Positions 58,991 to 64,000 of a stretch of 64,000 nucleotides of DNA are shown in pieces. The translations under genes and the position numbers were made by a program. Numbering within the stretch: the stretch's first letter is position 1; every line of letters begins with the position of its first letter. A model generated the notes under the pieces. That model was not told the origin of the DNA. It saw only the letters and a program-made list of their open reading frames with translations, and made no database searches. The DNA is from an uncultured virus (IMG/VR IMGVR_UViG_3300020148_000031) (lineage: Duplodnaviria > Heunggongvirae > Uroviricota > Caudoviricetes), in IMG/VR virus record IMGVR_UViG_3300020148_000031; one strand, given 5' to 3'.

Positions 58991-59284
58991 TTATAAGTGA
59001 AATGCTATAGCATTAACTTCGCCGGCTACTTCTTCAGCAACACCTTTAAGAGAGCCTTCTGAACCAAAGAGAGATTCACCACCGAAGACAAGAACACCAA
59101 CAACTGCAGCAATACCAATGAAGGTAACGAGAGCAGTCCATTGACGATCTTTAATGAATTTAATTGCGAAGATAGCAATCATTGCAAGAAAGATTGGTTG
59201 AATCCAGTTCCCAAGAACTGTATCCCAAAGACCGTTAAGTCCCCCATCTGTAGCCGCAATCGTTAAATGGTTTAATAAATCCAT
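58991..59284 (-). CDS. TcpD/VirB2-like small conjugation membrane protein
   Basis: Two TM helices around KFIKDRQWT; strong RBS and its own terminator. Confidence 0.65.
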   Translation of the reverse strand: MDLLNHLTIAATDGGLNGLWDTVLGNWIQPIFLAMIAIFAIKFIKDRQWTALVTFIGIAAVVGVLVFGGESLFGSEGSLKGVAEEVAGEVNAIAFHL

Positions 59285-59369
59285 GTGTATTGACTCCTTT
59301 TCAAATAATCTGTACAGATTTTGATTAAATATCTAACTAGTATCTTTATTTATTCAATCAAAATTAATA

Positions 59370-60941
59370 TCAACTTGCGGAATCCTCAGGAACATAGTAG
59401 AATGGGGCAAATTTGCTTACTCTATAAGTTCCATCAGCTTGAACATTTAAAGTCATAACGTATGAAGAGCTATAAAGTATTGAGTCAGATGATGCATTTT
59501 CATCTTCCCACTTTACGTCAACTTTTACTTTTATCACTGACGGATCATCAGTATAATATGAGGTATAAGCAATATTATTTTCATCAAGACTTAAGTTTCC
59601 ACCCATACCAGCAAGAAGATCAAGTGATGGAGAAGGTACTACATATTGATCTAACTGTTGGTGATTATTAATAGTAGAAACAGCATATCCATTCATGTAA
59701 CCAATAACTACTGAACGTACTTGATTATTTAGTTCAGAACTTGTTTTGCCGTTTCCAAGAGCTTTACTATCTGGGACCTCGCTAGTACCTTGAATTCTTA
59801 AATCCGGAAGCAAAGTAGGGGAATCTGGAGTAATACTCATAGCATTAGCTTTTTCATCATAATAAACATTTACATTAAAATAAAGCCACTGAGTGTCTGG
59901 ATCTTGAGTATTGACAATCTCATTTCCAAATTCATCAACAGTCGGTCTGCTTTCTCCAGCAGAAGTTTTTGATACTAGAACAGCAACAGTATATGATGCC
60001 GAAGAGCTTGAAAGTATTGAGCTGTCATATATTGTTGGGCCATAAAGTATTTCTTGATTGAAGTTTCGTGCATATGAAATTTTATTAGAAGAATCATATG
60101 ATCTTCCGTCAGATCCAGAGAAATAATAGGCAAGAACTTCAGAATCGACACTGTTATTATTGATACTCAAATAAGACTGCATAAAGTCTTTTGCAAAACC
60201 AGACCCGCGGTCAATAGGGAATCTTTCCGACGTTTGTGAGTTTATTAATGCTAATACTTGATCTTGAGATATAGATTGCGATGGAAAAATCACTGTTTTA
60301 ATCCCAAAACCGACAAGAGCAACAAGAAGTATAATAATAATGGTTTGAATAAGTTTTGCCTTTTGTCTTAAATTCTTTCTATTATCATAATCATTAACTT
60401 TTATCTTTTTTCTATTTTTCCCACCAAAAGGCTCTAACTTTTTATTTTCTTTATCAATAAAAGTATTCTTCTGAGGAATTTCTCTTTTCGGTATGTTATC
60501 TTTAGATATTGGTGTTTCATCATTAAAATGATTGCTTTGAGAAATATTAGTAACAGGGTCATTTCGTTTAACTTCCTCTTCAAAATTATGGAAATTTGGT
60601 ATTAATGGTGATTCGACCCTTGGAGTTTCTTCTATTTTTGGAGTTTCTATCACGGGAGGAGATATTTTTTCTTCTAATGATTCATAGACAAATGGCTTTT
60701 GCTCTACTTTTTGTTCTACTTTTTCTTCTTTTATATAAGGAGTAAAAGTCTCATCATCTTCTGAATCAAAAGGGTTTATAATAGGCTTTTTCGTCTCTAT
60801 AAAATCTTCATTTTCATCTGAAAATGGGTTAGAGATGTTATTCTGTTGATTCCTATTCATCATAGGGTTAGATGTTGGTAAACCACCACCTCGTGCATTT
60901 TGCCCGTTATTATGAGAATTAGGGTTAATAGGTATAGCCAT
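59370..60941 (-). CDS. TcpC (VirB8-like) conjugal transfer protein
   Basis: Disordered N-terminus, one TM, GFAKDFMQSYL, two NTF2-like halves. Confidence 0.75.
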   Translation of the reverse strand: MAIPINPNSHNNGQNARGGGLPTSNPMMNRNQQNNISNPFSDENEDFIETKKPIINPFDSEDDETFTPYIKEEKVEQKVEQKPFVYESLEEKISPPVIETPKIEETPRVESPLIPNFHNFEEEVKRNDPVTNISQSNHFNDETPISKDNIPKREIPQKNTFIDKENKKLEPFGGKNRKKIKVNDYDNRKNLRQKAKLIQTIIIILLVALVGFGIKTVIFPSQSISQDQVLALINSQTSERFPIDRGSGFAKDFMQSYLSINNNSVDSEVLAYYFSGSDGRSYDSSNKISYARNFNQEILYGPTIYDSSILSSSSASYTVAVLVSKTSAGESRPTVDEFGNEIVNTQDPDTQWLYFNVNVYYDEKANAMSITPDSPTLLPDLRIQGTSEVPDSKALGNGKTSSELNNQVRSVVIGYMNGYAVSTINNHQQLDQYVVPSPSLDLLAGMGGNLSLDENNIAYTSYYTDDPSVIKVKVDVKWEDENASSDSILYSSSYVMTLNVQADGTYRVSKFAPFYYVPEDSAS

Positions 60942-60980
60942 TTAAACTCCAAAAAGTATATATATTAAAATATCAAAACA

Positions 60981-63326
60981 TCAATCTATATCTGGTAATT
61001 CGATAATATCTGGTAATCCACCATCATTTATCTTACGAACTTGAGGTTTAGTTTTTTCATTGAATAAACTAATGAATGAAGATTCAGTGCGATTTTGCTG
61101 AGCTGAGTGTATTTCTCTTTTTTGTTCTTTTGGTTGTTGAGGTAACCTAGCTGGAGCATTAAAATCTATCTTTGGAATATCAATTTCTTCTTCAACTTTT
61201 TCAAAAATGAAACCACCATCATCCTCATCTTCTTGAGAATAAGGATTAATAATAGTAGAATCTATCTTAGGGATATCTGGGAGAGGAAGATTTCTATTAA
61301 TAATAATCTTTTCTTCTCTAGATTCGCTAGCCGGTATTCGTGAAACAATAGAATCAGAATACATGATCTTTTCTTCTTCTTTAACAAGAGGTAATAATGG
61401 TTGGTTATTAGAAGAATAATATGTGTCTAATAATGCATCATTAGGAATTATCCATACTCTTCTTGCTATAGCTCCACCTTTTTTATCTATTGATGGATCG
61501 TCTGAAGTTTTGTTAACAAAAATAGCGGTAGCTTTATATCCATTCGATGCTGAAGGTGATGAAAGTTTCATAAATTCTTGTGGTTCAAAAACCCAACGTT
61601 CTTCCTGGAAAGTTTGCACAGTTTGATTACGCTTATTACTCCAGTTTAAGGAGAATAAGAAATTCTCATTTTTATTAGAAGATCTATATGATGTTACCCA
61701 TTCTTTACCTAAGATCTTTGATAATCTTTCAGCAGAGTCATGAGTAGTACCATTATGAACAATGAAGTTTGAACAAGTATCTAAAATACTAAGAAGATAT
61801 GCTTCTCCGTTTCTTTCACTTGCTGCAATAACTTGTTCAAATGACTGCTGTGCTAGAGTAAGAGCAAGCTTTGACTCTCTTGACTTTTCAAGTAGTGATG
61901 TAACAGACGTTGGATTAACTGCTTGGAACTCATCAACATAAACATTTACTTGATTTTTTAAACCGGCATTACGACGATTAGCAGAAACAGTTGTAAGGTC
62001 TGAAAGGATAATTGATCCAATATAACTAGCAAATTCTGGTTCAGAATCAGAATTAAGGGAGAATAAAATAACTGTACCTGGTTTTTGAGTTAACTCGAAA
62101 ATGTTAATATTCTGACCTTCAGGCCCTCGTTTTAACCATTCTCCATATTCAGAAGCAACAATAGTTCTTAGTTGCCCTTTTAATTCTTCTATTGCGCGTG
62201 TAGTACCTGAAGTTTTTGAGCGGGAGGCCATGTCTATTTGTTCAGCAGACTTTTGAATAGGTGTACCCTCACAAGCGGCAGCTAATTCTGTTAAATTTGC
62301 CCCATATAATGCACTAGCGAGTCTTAATATACCTCCACTTTCCCATTCAATATGAGGAGCTTTCTTTCGATCAGCATATTCTAACATTGAAAATAATACT
62401 TGAAGAAGCTCTTGCATGTATCCTTTATATACTGCTGATGCAGTATCATATTCTCTCATACCTAGAATCATGTCAGCATTAGTTGTAGGTGATCCGCCTA
62501 TAAGAGGGTCATAATAAGATTGCCCTTTACTTCCCTCAATATTATATTTTTCTTTTTTACCATTGACAAAATGATAAAAATCTCCACCATTTTCTTCTGT
62601 CCATTTAGCGACTTTCGATGCTAACTCAGGTGATCTCTTAAAGTCAATAATAACAAGAGGTTTTCTACTTTCAATGTCGTTAAGAATCAGAGAAAGCATG
62701 GTAAAAGTTTTACCAGAACCAGATGCTCCAACAATAAGTGTATGTTTTTGAGCTTCAGTATCATAACGATAAACAATGTTGTCTCTCTTATATGTTTCAT
62801 CTAAACCAAGAGGCGCTTTTTCCTGAGATGAATACAAACCTTTTTTCAAATTCTCAATTTTTTTCTTTAATTTAAAAATTTCTAGAGGAGTTCGCTCATA
62901 TTTAAATTGATATGTCCAAGTTCCTGGAAGCTGTAATCGATGAGGATTTTGCTTCATTTGGTAAACTTCCCAATGGGTAAGACCTAACCCTATGACCCCA
63001 CCAAGAGCTATATTAATGATAATAGCTAGAGGAAGAAGATTTGTCCAATTATCTTGAATTTCAGTAATATGTTGAATAACATCAAGACCTTTATCAAAAG
63101 GTTTTATTATTATCCAGGATATGACTAATATTACATCAATAAGAATTACAGTTGACCATATAACTGATAGTCTTTGTCTCTTTTTTACTAGTAATAGCCT
63201 AAAAAGTATTCCAATGAGAACAGCTGGAAGAAATAAAATCCCTAGAAGAATAAGTAATCCATTGTTTCTTCTACCGGAATCTTCGAAATTATTTTCGTTT
63301 TCTTCCATTTCTTTACTACTGAACAT
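60981..63326 (-). CDS. Type IV coupling protein (VirD4/TraD-like ATPase)
   Basis: N-terminal TMs; HTLIVGASGSGKT, IIDFK, YVDEFQ, LLEKSRES, AERLSKILG. Confidence 0.88.
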   Translation of the reverse strand: MFSSKEMEENENNFEDSGRRNNGLLILLGILFLPAVLIGILFRLLLVKKRQRLSVIWSTVILIDVILVISWIIIKPFDKGLDVIQHITEIQDNWTNLLPLAIIINIALGGVIGLGLTHWEVYQMKQNPHRLQLPGTWTYQFKYERTPLEIFKLKKKIENLKKGLYSSQEKAPLGLDETYKRDNIVYRYDTEAQKHTLIVGASGSGKTFTMLSLILNDIESRKPLVIIDFKRSPELASKVAKWTEENGGDFYHFVNGKKEKYNIEGSKGQSYYDPLIGGSPTTNADMILGMREYDTASAVYKGYMQELLQVLFSMLEYADRKKAPHIEWESGGILRLASALYGANLTELAAACEGTPIQKSAEQIDMASRSKTSGTTRAIEELKGQLRTIVASEYGEWLKRGPEGQNINIFELTQKPGTVILFSLNSDSEPEFASYIGSIILSDLTTVSANRRNAGLKNQVNVYVDEFQAVNPTSVTSLLEKSRESKLALTLAQQSFEQVIAASERNGEAYLLSILDTCSNFIVHNGTTHDSAERLSKILGKEWVTSYRSSNKNENFLFSLNWSNKRNQTVQTFQEERWVFEPQEFMKLSSPSASNGYKATAIFVNKTSDDPSIDKKGGAIARRVWIIPNDALLDTYYSSNNQPLLPLVKEEEKIMYSDSIVSRIPASESREEKIIINRNLPLPDIPKIDSTIINPYSQEDEDDGGFIFEKVEEEIDIPKIDFNAPARLPQQPKEQKREIHSAQQNRTESSFISLFNEKTKPQVRKINDGGLPDIIELPDID

Positions 63327-63387
63327 ATATTTCCCTAACTCTTTGAGAACTAATATTCAATATCAAAGATATTACAATAAAGAAAAC

Positions 63388-63975
63388 TTAATTAATTCCT
63401 TTCCTTAAATTTGAGAGCGGATCGAATCCATATTCTTCAACAAGTTGACTATAAATAGGCGGATCAAATTCCTCAAGCATCTTATTATATTCTTCAACAG
63501 CTTTAGAGTTATTTTTCATACTAAAGAATGCAAGATTATCTATTTCTTCAATAAATGTTAATCTCTTTTTAACTTTAGAGATAATATCAACAGCACTCTC
63601 ATCATCAATTAAGTTAAGGAGGGAAAGCATCTCTTCTAAAATCTCTTGCCTCTTTATATTAATTGAATCTCTTGATTCCTCAAGAGGCAAAATTAAATAA
63701 AAGTTGTTTTTTATTTCTTTTCGAGTATGAGAAAAACCATCAATATGTGTCTCTAGATTAATTCTTTCAGAAGTTTCTTCATAATCTTCATTCTCAATCA
63801 TAAACTTAATTCTCATCTCTTCAAGATTTTGAACAAGTTCAGAATAGATTGATGAGTAATATTCAATCTCTTCCTCAATAGGAACTAAAGTCTTTTCATA
63901 ATCATCATTAACTTTAGATAGATTAAGAAGGTCTTCCTTATAAGGGCTGTTAAGACTTTGTATAGAGTCTGTCAA
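63388..63975 (-). CDS. Hypothetical acidic helical protein
   Basis: 195-aa ORF with TTG start. Confidence 0.55.
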   Translation of the reverse strand: MTDSIQSLNSPYKEDLLNLSKVNDDYEKTLVPIEEEIEYYSSIYSELVQNLEEMRIKFMIENEDYEETSERINLETHIDGFSHTRKEIKNNFYLILPLEESRDSINIKRQEILEEMLSLLNLIDDESAVDIISKVKKRLTFIEEIDNLAFFSMKNNSKAVEEYNKMLEEFDPPIYSQLVEEYGFDPLSNLRKGIN

Positions 63976-64000
63976 AGATATACTTAATGATTCTTCCTCC

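Noticed and set aside
876..63408. Many 60-165-aa ORFs antisense to or nested in longer genes (e.g. 28526-29020, 39388-39858, 41711-42160)
   Set aside because: Shadow ORFs of the coding strand with no motifs or RBS.
1..64000. CRISPR arrays, tRNA/rRNA genes, IS transposases
   Set aside because: No regularly spaced repeats, RNA-gene signatures or transposase motifs seen by eye; intergenic gaps are short.

Overview
AT-rich segment (roughly 30-33% GC by eye) of what looks like a very large conjugative element (megaplasmid or ICE-like) whose proteins resemble Actinomycetota families. No rRNA, tRNA, CRISPR array, capsid or terminase gene was recognised. From about 14.4 to 64 kb almost every gene is on the minus strand. 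This region encodes a Gram-positive-type conjugation machinery: VirD4-like coupling ATPase, TcpC, TcpD-like pilin, an ATPase-less VirB4 N-terminal half, three giant VirB6-like paralogues and a lysozyme/NlpC-P60 hydrolase. It also carries Tad pilus parts, three sigma-70-like proteins, two HU-like proteins, SSB, SbcC/Rad50, PIN-PhoH and a DivIVA-domain protein. The first ~18 kb is a mixed-strand accessory region: split pyruvate formate-lyase, radical SAM operon, HAD and histidine phosphatases, GNATs and zinc-ribbon endonucleases. Main finding: a membrane-anchored FtsK/SpoIIIE-like ATPase gene is fractured over 18.5 kb and appears to be reassembled by protein trans-splicing. Its first intein seems to be a natural THREE-piece class 3 intein: a 14-aa IntN tail on 18384-19406, a free-standing middle Hint piece at 15595-16221, and a 41-aa IntC head on 837-1658. 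The last ORF also ends in a second split IntN whose partner lies outside the window. Other notable signals are a shared ~40-aa H-C-C-H N-terminal module on six otherwise unrelated accessory ORFs, a 71-bp direct repeat around an endonuclease next to the IntC gene, and a recurrent GATATT motif upstream of many genes.
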